Below are positions 16,873-26,351 of a stretch of 34,968 nucleotides of DNA, piece by piece. Both the position numbers and the translations under genes were made by a program. Source of the stretch: Rickettsiales bacterium (GTDB lineage: Bacteria > Pseudomonadota > Alphaproteobacteria > Rickettsiales > UBA1997); assembly GCA_009693885.1 (NCBI GenBank), contig SHWK01000001.1:1-34968 (forward strand). The letters are read 5' to 3'. Within the stretch, counting starts at the first letter, position 1. Each line of letters begins with the position of its first letter. Below the pieces are notes generated by a model that was not told the DNA's origin, searched no databases, and was given only the letters and a program-made list of their open reading frames with translations.

Positions 16873-17040
16873 TTAAACTGATTTATCAAGCCACCAATTA
16901 TTTATAGGCTTTTTTGGTCCACAAGGGCCATCATCATTTGATACGCATGGGCTTTTGATATCCAAAGTTTTTGTAGAACAAGAGGAAATCAGGATTAAAG
17001 CCAAGAAAATAGTACTTATTTTAGTGGTTATTTTTTTCAT
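16873..17040 (-). CDS. Small lipoprotein (55 aa), below the ORF-track cutoff
   Basis: Hand translation: MKKITTKISTIFLALILISSCSTKTLDIKSPCVSNDDGPCGPKKPINNWWLDKSV*. Lipobox I-S-S-C, two further Cys and a WW pair. It lies 24 nt upstream of the 122-aa ORF on the same strand. Confidence 0.6.
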   Translation of the reverse strand: MKKITTKISTIFLALILISSCSTKTLDIKSPCVSNDDGPCGPKKPINNWWLDKSV

Positions 17041-17108
17041 AGTCTACATTATGTAAAAAGATTTTAATATAACAACTAGCCTATTTAATAAAAAAAAAAT
17101 TGCAATAA

Positions 17109-18158
17109 ATGAATAAAATTTTAATTATCGGACTTGGACTAATTGGCGGATCCTTCGCTAAAGCATTGCGCCACAACAAGGCTGCAAAAGAAATTTGGGC
17201 TTTCGATACAAATATCGAGACAATTAACCTTGCAAAAAAATCCGGAACAATCAATGGATTCGTCGTTCTCGATGATGTTTTAAAGGATTTTGACCTGATC
17301 GCAATTGCAACTCCACTCGCCTTTTACAAGGATATATTGCAAAAAATTTCTGAGATAAATCCTCAAAATAGTATAATTATTGATCTTGGATCACTTAAAG
17401 AAGAAGTTTTAAAAAAATTACCACAAAATTTACAGAAAAATTTTGTTGCTTGTCATCCCATTGCTGGATCAGATAAATCAGGCTTCGAGAACTCTTCGGT
17501 AGATTTATTTGTTGATAGAAAATTTATTATTTGCAAAGGAAAACATAGCTCAGAAAAATCTATAAAAATCGTTGAAAATCTAGCAAATAAAATTGGAGCA
17601 AAGCCTGATTTTATTGATGCTAAGGCTCATGATGAAATTTATGCCTTAGTTTCACATTTGCCACAATTTTTATCATTCTTAACCAAAGAATTTTCTCCAA
17701 AAAAACAAGAGAATGATTTTATAAAAGCTGCCTTTAGGCTTGATAATTCAAGCCCAGAGCTCTGGGAAGATATTTTTAAAATGAATGAAAAAAACTTAGA
17801 AAAATTTTATTTTGAATTTTTTGATAATTTGACAGATTTTGCGACAAAAATGCAAAATAAGAAATATTCTGAGATTTTAACAAATTTAAAAAATATTGTA
17901 GTATTTTCTGCCAATAACTCAGAAATACCTGATTTTAAAGCTCTCTCAGAGCCATCATCAATAATCTTTCGCTTATTTATAGTTGCAAGCTATTTACAAA
18001 TTAATAAAATTAAAAGCTTACAAAACTATACTGGTAGTGGCTTTAAAGACTTTACTTCAATAATTTCTATCTTAAAATCAGATCAGACATTTTTATTAAA
18101 AACTTTAGAAACCGAACAAAAGGATATCTTGTCCTTCATTAAAAAAATATCTTCCTAA
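17109..18158 (+). CDS. tyrA: Prephenate/arogenate (cyclohexadienyl) dehydrogenase
   Basis: 349 aa. Rossmann motif IIGLGLIGGSFAKAL, then DLGSLK, CHPIAGS and HDEIYALVSHLPQ blocks in the family order. It carries a longer C-terminal region than usual. Confidence 0.85.
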   Translation: MNKILIIGLGLIGGSFAKALRHNKAAKEIWAFDTNIETINLAKKSGTINGFVVLDDVLKDFDLIAIATPLAFYKDILQKISEINPQNSIIIDLGSLKEEVLKKLPQNLQKNFVACHPIAGSDKSGFENSSVDLFVDRKFIICKGKHSSEKSIKIVENLANKIGAKPDFIDAKAHDEIYALVSHLPQFLSFLTKEFSPKKQENDFIKAAFRLDNSSPELWEDIFKMNEKNLEKFYFEFFDNLTDFATKMQNKKYSEILTNLKNIVVFSANNSEIPDFKALSEPSSIIFRLFIVASYLQINKIKSLQNYTGSGFKDFTSIISILKSDQTFLLKTLETEQKDILSFIKKISS

Positions 18159-18172
18159 ATTAAAGCAAACCA

Positions 18173-19276
18173 GTGCAAGAACTAAACGAAATAAGACCTT
18201 ACCGCACCATTAATCGTCGCAAGTCTCGCCAAATTTTTATTGGCAAAGTTGCGATTGGTGGCGATGCGCCAATTTCGGTGCAATCAATGACCAACACAAA
18301 AACAACTGATGTGCGGGCTACAATCCAACAAGTTAACGAATGCGCAGAGCTTGGAGCAGAATTAATGCGCATTTCTGTACCAGACAAAGAATCGGCTGAA
18401 GCCTTAAAGCATATAGTTCCACACTGCCAAGTGCCAATCATTGCCGATATTCATTTTCACTATAGAAGAGCCATTGAAGCCGCCGAGGCTGGCGTCAAAT
18501 GCCTACGCATCAATCCAGGAAACATTGGTAGTGATAAAAAAATTCGCGAAGTAATAAAGGCCGCAAAAGATTATGGCTGTAGTATTCGTATCGGAGTTAA
18601 TGCTGGTTCTTTAGAGCAAGACTTACTCAATAAATATCGTACACCAACGCCAGAAGCCCTTGTAGAATCTGCTCAGCGCCATATGAGGATTCTCGAAGAT
18701 AATGATTTTTTTAACTTCAAAATTAGTGTAAAAGCCTCTGATGTTTTCTTAGCTGTAGCCGCTTATCGTAAGCTCGCAGAGGTTTGTGATTATCCCCTAC
18801 ATATCGGAATAACTGAAGCAGGAAGCCTAGCCGCAGGAACAGTAAAATCATCAATTGGTCTCGGAACCTTACTCTGGGCTGGCATTGGCGATACTATGCG
18901 AGTTTCACTTTCTGCAGATCCAAAAGAAGAAATAAAAGTTGCCTACCAAATCCTCAAAACATTGGGCTTGCGCCATCGTGGTGTAAACTTAATTTCTTGT
19001 CCTTCTTGTGCCAGACAAGCATTTGATGTAATAAAAACCGTTGAGGCTGTTGAGAAGCGCGTCGAACATATAAAAACTCCGCTAACAATTTCAATTTTGG
19101 GCTGCGTGGTTAATGGTCTTGGCGAAGCTGCTCACACGCAAATTGGCATTACTGGTGGCGGTGGCGGACGCCATAATGTTTATATGAATGGCCATCCTGA
19201 TCACAAGGTTAGTAGCGATGATTTAGTCGATCACATCGTAAGCCTCATCGAAAGTGAAGCAAAAAAAACTGTGTGA
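18173..19276 (+). CDS. ispG: 4-hydroxy-3-methylbut-2-enyl diphosphate synthase (MEP pathway)
   Basis: 367 aa with a GTG start. Blocks: [47 protein letters not shown], and the Fe-S Cys pattern SCPSCAR...GCVVNGLGE. Confidence 0.93.
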   Translation: MQELNEIRPYRTINRRKSRQIFIGKVAIGGDAPISVQSMTNTKTTDVRATIQQVNECAELGAELMRISVPDKESAEALKHIVPHCQVPIIADIHFHYRRAIEAAEAGVKCLRINPGNIGSDKKIREVIKAAKDYGCSIRIGVNAGSLEQDLLNKYRTPTPEALVESAQRHMRILEDNDFFNFKISVKASDVFLAVAAYRKLAEVCDYPLHIGITEAGSLAAGTVKSSIGLGTLLWAGIGDTMRVSLSADPKEEIKVAYQILKTLGLRHRGVNLISCPSCARQAFDVIKTVEAVEKRVEHIKTPLTISILGCVVNGLGEAAHTQIGITGGGGGRHNVYMNGHPDHKVSSDDLVDHIVSLIESEAKKTV

Positions 19277-20034
19277 TAAATAAAAAAACCGTTCAACATA
19301 ATTTTAGCAACAAAGCGGCAATTTACAACGATTGTGCCTTGCTTCAAAAAACCGCTGCAAAAAAATTATGTGATTTAGCAAAAGATTATATCATCGATGA
19401 TGCAACCATTCTGGATCTTGGCTCAGGCACAAGTTTTATCGCAAAAAATCTTTTGTTATTTCAAAAAAATCTTAAAATATTTGAGGTTGATTTTGCTGAA
19501 AAGATGCTTAATCAATGGCAAGATAGACCAAAAAATGTCACGCCAATCCTCGCTGATATCGAAAATTTACCATTTAAAAATAATGAAACTTTTGATATAA
19601 TTTTTTCTTCCTTTGCCCTACAATGGATTGACAATTTTGAGCAATTATTTACAAATTTACAGTTACTATTAAAACAAAATGGCTTGATAATTTTTTGCCT
19701 ACCAACTGAACAAACTTTTTCTGAAATCAAAGATGCTAGCAAAAAATCTGGCTGCAATTTTATGATGAGAAACCTTGCTAATCAGGCTTCTATAAGACAA
19801 ATTTTATTAGATCTTGGCTTTAAAGAAAATTTTTTTATATCAGACATTGTTAACCAAAAATATCAAAATGCTGTTGGGGCATTAAAAGAATTCAAAAAAA
19901 TAGGCACTAATTATTCAGAAAATTCAAAAATAATTATCACAAAAAAAAGTCTACAAAAATTTAATCTTTTCTTTTCACAGAATAGTAATAATATTGCTTC
20001 TTGGCATTTATGTTATTTGATTTTTAAAAAATAA
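19273..20034 (+). CDS. Class I SAM-dependent methyltransferase, BioC-like
   Basis: 253 aa. F-S-x-x-A-x-x-Y-x-x-x-A-x-LQ N-terminal pattern, SAM motif [27 protein letters not shown]. The GTG start overlaps the ispG stop. No other bio genes are in the window, so the BioC function is unproven. Confidence 0.6.
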   Translation: MINKKTVQHNFSNKAAIYNDCALLQKTAAKKLCDLAKDYIIDDATILDLGSGTSFIAKNLLLFQKNLKIFEVDFAEKMLNQWQDRPKNVTPILADIENLPFKNNETFDIIFSSFALQWIDNFEQLFTNLQLLLKQNGLIIFCLPTEQTFSEIKDASKKSGCNFMMRNLANQASIRQILLDLGFKENFFISDIVNQKYQNAVGALKEFKKIGTNYSENSKIIITKKSLQKFNLFFSQNSNNIASWHLCYLIFKK

Positions 20035-20037
20035 AAT

Positions 20038-20484
20038 ATGTTTAAAATTTTTAAAAAAGCTATCATCGGCAAATCTGAAGATAAAGATAAGGCTCAAACT
20101 ATAGAGAATAAAGTTAGTATTGTGCAAAAAATGCAAGACAAAGCCCGTAACTTTACTAATTTCTTGAAAACAAAAATTCAAGAAACCAAAGATGAATTTG
20201 GCGACATTAAAACAAAAGTATCTAAGTTACTTGAAACCAACTACAATCTTGGTTTAAAACACCTAGAAAAAGGTAATATTTCAGATGCAATTTTTCGATT
20301 TCGTTTTATTAAAAAATTCTGGCCAGAACATTTTGATGCTTACTATCAATTGGCATATTCATTATCTTTAAACAAACGCCCTTTTGAAGCAAAAAAAATT
20401 CTAACTGAGCTTTTAGTCAAAAAACCAGACTATGATTTAAAGGCACAAGACCTTCTCGACAAAATCAATCGAGGAGAAATTTAA
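20038..20484 (+). CDS. Small TPR-like repeat protein
   Basis: 148 aa. The C-terminal half shows TPR-like helix pairs (LGLKHLEKGNISDAIFRFRFIKKFWPEHFDAYYQLAYSLSLNKRPFEAKKIL). It starts 3 nt after the preceding gene. Confidence 0.5.
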   Translation: MFKIFKKAIIGKSEDKDKAQTIENKVSIVQKMQDKARNFTNFLKTKIQETKDEFGDIKTKVSKLLETNYNLGLKHLEKGNISDAIFRFRFIKKFWPEHFDAYYQLAYSLSLNKRPFEAKKILTELLVKKPDYDLKAQDLLDKINRGEI

Positions 20485-20488
20485 TAAA

Positions 20489-21265
20489 ATGCCCAATAAT
20501 CATTTAATTACATTGATTATTGCTTTCAGCTTTTACGGCACTCTTTCTTTTGCGCAAATCGAACAAAACAACCAACAATCTTATGATGATGAATTTGCAA
20601 CTTACGAAGCAGAGTTCACTAAAAACACACAAAAAGAAATCTCCGATCCGCTAGAAAAAATGAATCGCAAAATTTTTGCTTTCAATAACACGCTGGATAT
20701 CTATTTAATTGAGCCGGTAGCTCGTGCTTATCGTGATTACACCACTAAAGCAGTCAGAACATCTTTGCATAATTTTGTAACAAATCTTACTTTGCCATTG
20801 TCAGCGCTAAATTCTTTTGCTCAGGGAAAAGTAGAAAATGGTCTCGCAACTTCCTCAAATTTTTTAATCAATAGCACTATCGGAATTGCTGGATTATTTG
20901 ATGTTGCTGGCAATAAAAAAATTAAATATGAGGAAGAAGATTTTGGCCAAACCCTTGGATATTATGGCGTAAAAAACGGCCCCTATTTAATGCTTCCAAT
21001 ACTAGGACCAAGCACTAGTCGTGATTTTGGAGGATATATTATTGATAGATCAGTCGATCCTATGGGCTTTAATCTTCTCAAAATTGGCGGCTCTACCGAT
21101 GCAATTAGTATCGAATACAGAACCGCAGACGCTACACTCATTGCACTAGATTTAAGAGAACAATTGCTTGATCCAATTGCAGAGGCTAAAAAAGACTCCT
21201 TCGATTTATATGCCACACTTCGAAGTGTTTATATTCAACAACGAGATCAAAAAATAAAACAATAA
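20489..21265 (+). CDS. mlaA: MlaA/VacJ family outer-membrane lipid asymmetry protein
   Basis: 258 aa. Blocks: DPLEKMNRKIFAFNNTLD, EPVARAYRDY, NFVTNL..P, NSTIGIAGLFDVA, EDFGQTLGYYG...GPYLMLPILGPSTSRD. The N-terminal signal has no lipobox Cys. Confidence 0.88.
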   Translation: MPNNHLITLIIAFSFYGTLSFAQIEQNNQQSYDDEFATYEAEFTKNTQKEISDPLEKMNRKIFAFNNTLDIYLIEPVARAYRDYTTKAVRTSLHNFVTNLTLPLSALNSFAQGKVENGLATSSNFLINSTIGIAGLFDVAGNKKIKYEEEDFGQTLGYYGVKNGPYLMLPILGPSTSRDFGGYIIDRSVDPMGFNLLKIGGSTDAISIEYRTADATLIALDLREQLLDPIAEAKKDSFDLYATLRSVYIQQRDQKIKQ

Positions 21266-21270
21266 ATAAT

Positions 21271-21876
21271 ATGAAAAAAATCATAGCACTAATAGTTTTT
21301 ACTTTTTTAACAAACTCAGCCTTGGCTCAAACCGTCAATATTTCTGATAATGTTATAAAATTTATTGACCATCTTGGCAACAAAATAATTTCAATCGCCG
21401 CAGAAAAACAAACTTCTGAAAGCGCTAAAAAACAAAAAATTATTGCAGAAATTGATCGCGTTATTGATACAGCTTGGATTGGACATTTTGTGTTAGGAAA
21501 AAACTATAAAGATGCCAGCGAAGCCCAACGTACTCGCTTCATGGAGCTCTACCGCCAATTTATGATCAATACTTATGGACCAAAATTTAAAAATTATAAT
21601 GGCAAAAGTTTTAACGTTATTTCCGTTGATCAGCAAGGGGGCTTTTATGTTGCAAAATGCAATTTTTGGCCAAAAGACTCTACCACTGCCATCAATGTTC
21701 AATTTCGCGTTAAAGAACGCAATGGCAAGCTTGCAGTACTTGATTTTGTTACTGAAGGCATCAGCTTAATTGAAACTCAAAGATCAGAATTTAATTCTGC
21801 CATCTCAGAAAAAGGAATGGAACAATTCATCAACGATTTAGCAAAAAGAGTGTATGAATTAAAAAACAAAAAATAA
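21271..21876 (+). CDS. mlaC: MlaC/Ttg2D-like periplasmic phospholipid-binding protein
   Basis: 201 aa. Signal peptide (…NSALAQ), then the family pattern ID..WIGHFVLGKNYK.AS..QR.RF..LYRQFMINTYG. It lies directly after mlaA. Confidence 0.75.
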   Translation: MKKIIALIVFTFLTNSALAQTVNISDNVIKFIDHLGNKIISIAAEKQTSESAKKQKIIAEIDRVIDTAWIGHFVLGKNYKDASEAQRTRFMELYRQFMINTYGPKFKNYNGKSFNVISVDQQGGFYVAKCNFWPKDSTTAINVQFRVKERNGKLAVLDFVTEGISLIETQRSEFNSAISEKGMEQFINDLAKRVYELKNKK

Positions 21877-21881
21877 AATTT

Positions 21882-21900
21882 GCGGCTATTTAGTGGCCGC
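21882..21900. terminator. Candidate bidirectional intrinsic terminator between convergent mlaC and mnmE
   Basis: GCGGC(T)-loop-(G)GCCGC hairpin with a 5-6 bp GC stem. It is flanked by a T-tract downstream (ttatttt) and an A-tract upstream (aaaataaaattt). The stem is short, so confidence is modest. Confidence 0.4.
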
Positions 21901-23238
21901 TTATTTTCCTATACAAAATTTGGAAAACACCACATCTAAAATATCATCAACATCAATTCGTCCGGTGATTTTTGCAATTGCATAAGAGGCGATACGCAAA
22001 TCTTCTGCGGCAAGTTCAATATTTTTATCAAGAGAAAAATCGTCTAGAGCACTAATAGCCTTGCTTAAGCAGTGCCGATAGCGCTCTTGAGTGATTAGTG
22101 GCGAAGATTGTTTAGGTAAAAGCTCTAATACTTTTTCCTCAAGTTTTTGAATCAGCGAATCAGTGTTTTGTTGTTTTTTAATTGATAGATTGATCAAATT
22201 TTTATTATCTAGCTCTAACAAATTATTGGCAGTTTTAAGCTTTATTAAATCAATTTTATTTACAATAATTATCGTATTTTCATCAATCATTTTTTTCTCT
22301 GCGGCAGAAATTTTTGGATTCATAGCGTCAAGAACAAGCAGCTTAATATCAGCCTCAGCAGCTTTTTTATAAGCTCTTCTAATTCCCTCTTGTTCAATTT
22401 TATCTTTGCTTTCACGAAGGCCCGCTGTATCAGCTATTTTTATTGCAACACCTGCGATTTCTAGGTGAATTTCAATTACATCACGCGTTGTTCCAGCAAT
22501 TTCCGAAACAATTGCTACTTCACTTTTTGCTAAAAAATTCAACAAACTAGATTTTCCTACATTGGGAGAACCAATAATAGTAAGGCTTAATCCATCTTTA
22601 ATTTTTTGTCCACGCTTTTTATCATCTAGATGAGAAGCTATTTGATCCTTTAAAATCAGCAGTTTGCGAGATATATCATCAATAATATTTTGTGGCAAAT
22701 CTTCATCAGGAAAATCAATGCAGCTTTCAATTAAAGCAAGCAGCTCAATAATTTGCAGACGCCAATTTTCATAGATTTTTCCAAGATCACCTTGCAATTG
22801 TTTTAGTGATTGCTTGTGCTGTGATGAGGTTTCGCAGGCAATTAAATCAGGAATCGCCTCTGCTTGCACTAGATCAATTTTACCATTTAAGAATGCAACT
22901 TTACTGAATTCTCCAGCCTCAGCCATGCGCACATTTTCAATGCCCGATAAAATCTGAAAAATCTTTTTAAGAATAAAGGAAGAGGCGTGAATACTGATCT
23001 CAGCAACATCATCACCAGTAAAACTATTGGGCGCTTTAAAAAAAGAAATTAATGTTTCATCAATTAATTCTGCATTTTTTGGATCAAAAATTTTGCAGAA
23101 TTTTATTTCATTGGCATTGGGAATTTTTGCAACACCAAGAGTTTCTAGGCATTCACGCGTTTTTTCTCCAGAAATTCTTATAAGAGAAACGCCAGCTTTA
23201 GTTGGAAATGTGATTGGTGCAAAAATTGTTGCCGGCAT
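21901..23238 (-). CDS. mnmE: tRNA uridine-5-carboxymethylaminomethyl modification GTPase MnmE (TrmE)
   Basis: 445 aa. N-terminal GVSLIRISG, G-domain GSPNVGKSSLLN / DTAGLR / NKIDL, and the C-terminal FCIGK motif. Confidence 0.93.
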   Translation of the reverse strand: MPATIFAPITFPTKAGVSLIRISGEKTRECLETLGVAKIPNANEIKFCKIFDPKNAELIDETLISFFKAPNSFTGDDVAEISIHASSFILKKIFQILSGIENVRMAEAGEFSKVAFLNGKIDLVQAEAIPDLIACETSSQHKQSLKQLQGDLGKIYENWRLQIIELLALIESCIDFPDEDLPQNIIDDISRKLLILKDQIASHLDDKKRGQKIKDGLSLTIIGSPNVGKSSLLNFLAKSEVAIVSEIAGTTRDVIEIHLEIAGVAIKIADTAGLRESKDKIEQEGIRRAYKKAAEADIKLLVLDAMNPKISAAEKKMIDENTIIIVNKIDLIKLKTANNLLELDNKNLINLSIKKQQNTDSLIQKLEEKVLELLPKQSSPLITQERYRHCLSKAISALDDFSLDKNIELAAEDLRIASYAIAKITGRIDVDDILDVVFSKFCIGK

Positions 23239-23358
23239 TTTATAAAATTAAAAATCAGGATCGCCCAAATTTTGCGACGAACTTAAAAGTTTTATTGAAA
23301 ATAAATTTACAAAAATATTCGCAATCCAAATTTAACTAAAAACTATAGCTAACGATTT

Positions 23359-24408
23359 CTAGGGAAATAGTGGCGCAAATTCCAATCCAGATTTTTCATC
23401 AAACCCAAAAACAATATTCATGTTCTGCACCGCCTGACCAGAGGCGCCTTTGCACAAATTATCAATCACCGAAACCAATATCACTTTGCCGCCAGCTCTA
23501 TTTTGATGCGCCGCCATCACACAAAAATTTGTACCAACCACATCTGAAATATTTGGCTCACCATCAATTACTCGAACAAAATATTCATCCGCATATTTTG
23601 TTTGAAGACAATTTTTAATATCTTGTAACGAATATTTTGGGTTAATATCAGCATAAATTGTTGAAATAATTCCTCTATTAATTGGAATTAAATGCGGAGT
23701 AAAATCAACTTCAAGGCTTGACCCGTATGCCTTGCCAAGTTCTTGTTCAATCTCGCCAGTATGTCTGTGTTTGCCAATTGAATAGGCTTTAACTGAATTA
23801 TTTATTTCACAAAATAAATTTCCAACTTTAAGCGATCTACCTGCCCCAGTAGCGCCAGACTTGGAATCAATAATGATTCCCTTTGGCAAAATTAAATTAT
23901 TTTCAAGCAATGGAATTAGCGGAAGTAGCGCCGATGTTGGATAACAACCAGGACAAGCAATCAAATTTGATTTCTTAATTTTATTTCTATGAATTTCCGA
24001 TAGGCCATAAACAGCCTGTTTCTGCAGGCCCTTAGCCACATGTTCATGACCATACCATTTTTTATAATTCTCAACATTTTCTAATCTAAAATCTGCAGAA
24101 AGATCAAATATTTTTAAATGTGAATTTTTCTTATCAGATATTAATTTTGCAATAACTTCTTGGCTAGTCGTATGAGGCAAACAGCAGAACACTGCATCGA
24201 TATCAGCAAAATCAACTTCATCAATTTTTACTAAAGTTGGCAAATTATAATGCCCAAAATGTGGATAAATTTCTTCTATTTTTTGTGAAGCATTGCTATT
24301 GGCAACCAAGGCTTTTATTTCAGCATCTGGATGATTTAGTAAAATTCTGATAAGCTCTGCACCGGTGTATCCAGAAGCGCCGATGATCACAATTTTTAGT
24401 TTTTTCAT
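23359..24408 (-). CDS. argC: N-acetyl-gamma-glutamyl-phosphate reductase
   Basis: 349 aa. IIGASGYTGAELIRIL NAD motif and active-site block ACPGCYPTS, at the typical ArgC length. Confidence 0.92.
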   Translation of the reverse strand: MKKLKIVIIGASGYTGAELIRILLNHPDAEIKALVANSNASQKIEEIYPHFGHYNLPTLVKIDEVDFADIDAVFCCLPHTTSQEVIAKLISDKKNSHLKIFDLSADFRLENVENYKKWYGHEHVAKGLQKQAVYGLSEIHRNKIKKSNLIACPGCYPTSALLPLIPLLENNLILPKGIIIDSKSGATGAGRSLKVGNLFCEINNSVKAYSIGKHRHTGEIEQELGKAYGSSLEVDFTPHLIPINRGIISTIYADINPKYSLQDIKNCLQTKYADEYFVRVIDGEPNISDVVGTNFCVMAAHQNRAGGKVILVSVIDNLCKGASGQAVQNMNIVFGFDEKSGLEFAPLFP

Positions 24409-24433
24409 TTTAAAATTTAATTAAATAATTCGT

Positions 24434-25564
24434 TTAATTTTCTAAGATATTTTTATCCAATCTACATTCATTTGCGACCTCTTCTATCCGCCCTTCCCAA
24501 AACTGCTGAATCACAATATTGGCGCGATATTTTTGTATGATTTCTATATTCAAATCACAAGGAAATTCATTAACAAAATAACTTTGTGAAAAATTATTAG
24601 CAAAGAATTCCATCATATTATCAAAAAATGAATCTTTGTAAACAAATAAAATTGGTAAATTTTTGTTATAATTGCGATATACCGCTGGCTTATGGAATAG
24701 CCTATAATCTGCTTCTGTAGGATTAACGCTATAAAAATTTGGTACAAAATTCTCTTTTAAATTATAATCGATATTTTCTGCCTTAATACCTATAACATAA
24801 GAAATATCGCCATCATCCATCATGCCCTCAACATTGACAAAATGCTTACGTTGGAGATACAGATGATTCATCTTTTGCATAATTTCAGAATAACCAACAT
24901 AGGCCCCGCGCTTGTTCCAATGAGCATCAGTTTTGTGATAGATAATTTCATGTTTTTTTGCCTTTTTTAAAAATGGCCTCAAATCAAGCACAGGAAAGCT
25001 TGGGGCATCTTTTTTAAGTGCATTAATAAATTTATCAATCCGATGCTCTTTGTTAGAAATTTTAATAAAGTCAGGCAAAAATTCGGGATAAATAGAAGTT
25101 TTATCCGCCGCAATTACCACTAAATAATCAATATTTTTAGCACGCAGAATTTGCCAATTTTTAATAAAAGATTTTACCATAAGAGCAATTTTTTGGTCAT
25201 CCAATTTTGCCAAGCCCTGCGCATCTAAAAATGAATTTTGATTATCAAAATAAAACCACTCATCCTTACCAATTAAGGCACTAGAGCTTGGTGATTCATT
25301 AAAAATATTATCCATTATTTGGCTATTCGTAAAAATCAAACTTTTACGAAAGCCATAATTATCATTAAAAAACTCTTCAAATTTTTTAGAATATTTAGCA
25401 AATTCAGACACGTTGCGCGGTTTTTCTGGTATAGAAGCAAGAAATCTTTTTTCAAAAAGATTTTGAATGGGAGAAAAATTAAAAATATTATCAAGAATAG
25501 GCATCAATAGAATCGCAACAAAAAATATAATCAATAATATATTTTTTTTGCGTGATAAAATCAT
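24434..25564 (-). CDS. AlgX/AlgJ-like SGNH-hydrolase-like (polysaccharide O-acetyltransferase-type) protein, N-terminally anchored
   Basis: 376 aa with an N-terminal TM (LLIIFFVAILLMPIL). It has the DxHW-type block YHKTDAHWNKRGAYVGY characteristic of the AlgJ/AlgX family. The start overlaps the yebC stop. Assignment rests on motif and architecture only. Confidence 0.55.
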   Translation of the reverse strand: MILSRKKNILLIIFFVAILLMPILDNIFNFSPIQNLFEKRFLASIPEKPRNVSEFAKYSKKFEEFFNDNYGFRKSLIFTNSQIMDNIFNESPSSSALIGKDEWFYFDNQNSFLDAQGLAKLDDQKIALMVKSFIKNWQILRAKNIDYLVVIAADKTSIYPEFLPDFIKISNKEHRIDKFINALKKDAPSFPVLDLRPFLKKAKKHEIIYHKTDAHWNKRGAYVGYSEIMQKMNHLYLQRKHFVNVEGMMDDGDISYVIGIKAENIDYNLKENFVPNFYSVNPTEADYRLFHKPAVYRNYNKNLPILFVYKDSFFDNMMEFFANNFSQSYFVNEFPCDLNIEIIQKYRANIVIQQFWEGRIEEVANECRLDKNILEN

Positions 25565-26307
25565 AATTTATCTTCAATTTCAGCCGCGAAAGAGTAGTTT
25601 CCGGTAACATTTTGAACATCATCGCATTCTTCTAATGCATCAATCATTTTCAATAATTTTTGTGCTTGCTCAGGATCAAAAATTTCAGTTAAACTTTTTG
25701 CTTTCCATTCTAATTTTGCACTTAAGGCATCGCCATATTTTGCAGCAAGTTTATCGCGAACAGAACTTAAATTTTCTGTTGCAGTAAAAATAAAATGACA
25801 ATCAGTCGAAGATTCAATATCATCTGCACCCGCTTCAATCGCGGCTTCAAACATTTTTTCTGCCTCGGCAACTTTTATATCATATTTAATTAAGCCAACA
25901 TGATCAAACATAAATGAAACCGAATTGGTTTCGCCCAAAGCACCACCACCCTTAGTAAAAATGCTGCGCACTTCACTTGCCGTACGATTGCGATTATCGG
26001 TTAGCGCCTCAACAATAACAGCAAAGCCTCCCGGCGCATAACCTTCATAGCGAATTTCATCAAAATTATCGCCAGAGTTTCCTGAGGCCACTTTTTTTAT
26101 TGCTGCTTCAATGCGATCTTTTGGCATATTATTAACTCTTGCATCAATAATAGCACTGCGCAAACGCGGATTAAAATTGGGATCAAGTTGGCCAGATTTA
26201 GCGGCAACAGTAACTTCGCGGATAATTTTAGTGAATAATTTTGCTTTCCTGGCATCTTGCGCACCCTTACGGTGCTTGATATTGGCAAATTGCGAATGTC
26301 CTGACAT
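25561..26307 (-). CDS. yebC: YebC/PmpR family protein
   Basis: 248 aa. MSGHSQFANIKHRKGAQDARKAKLFTK N-terminus and RYEGYAPGG, NRNRTASEVR blocks typical of the family. Confidence 0.93.
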   Translation of the reverse strand: MSGHSQFANIKHRKGAQDARKAKLFTKIIREVTVAAKSGQLDPNFNPRLRSAIIDARVNNMPKDRIEAAIKKVASGNSGDNFDEIRYEGYAPGGFAVIVEALTDNRNRTASEVRSIFTKGGGALGETNSVSFMFDHVGLIKYDIKVAEAEKMFEAAIEAGADDIESSTDCHFIFTATENLSSVRDKLAAKYGDALSAKLEWKAKSLTEIFDPEQAQKLLKMIDALEECDDVQNVTGNYSFAAEIEDKL

Positions 26308-26351
26308 AGGATATATTTATTTTGGCAGTAGCTAAGCCACCCGCTTAAAAT

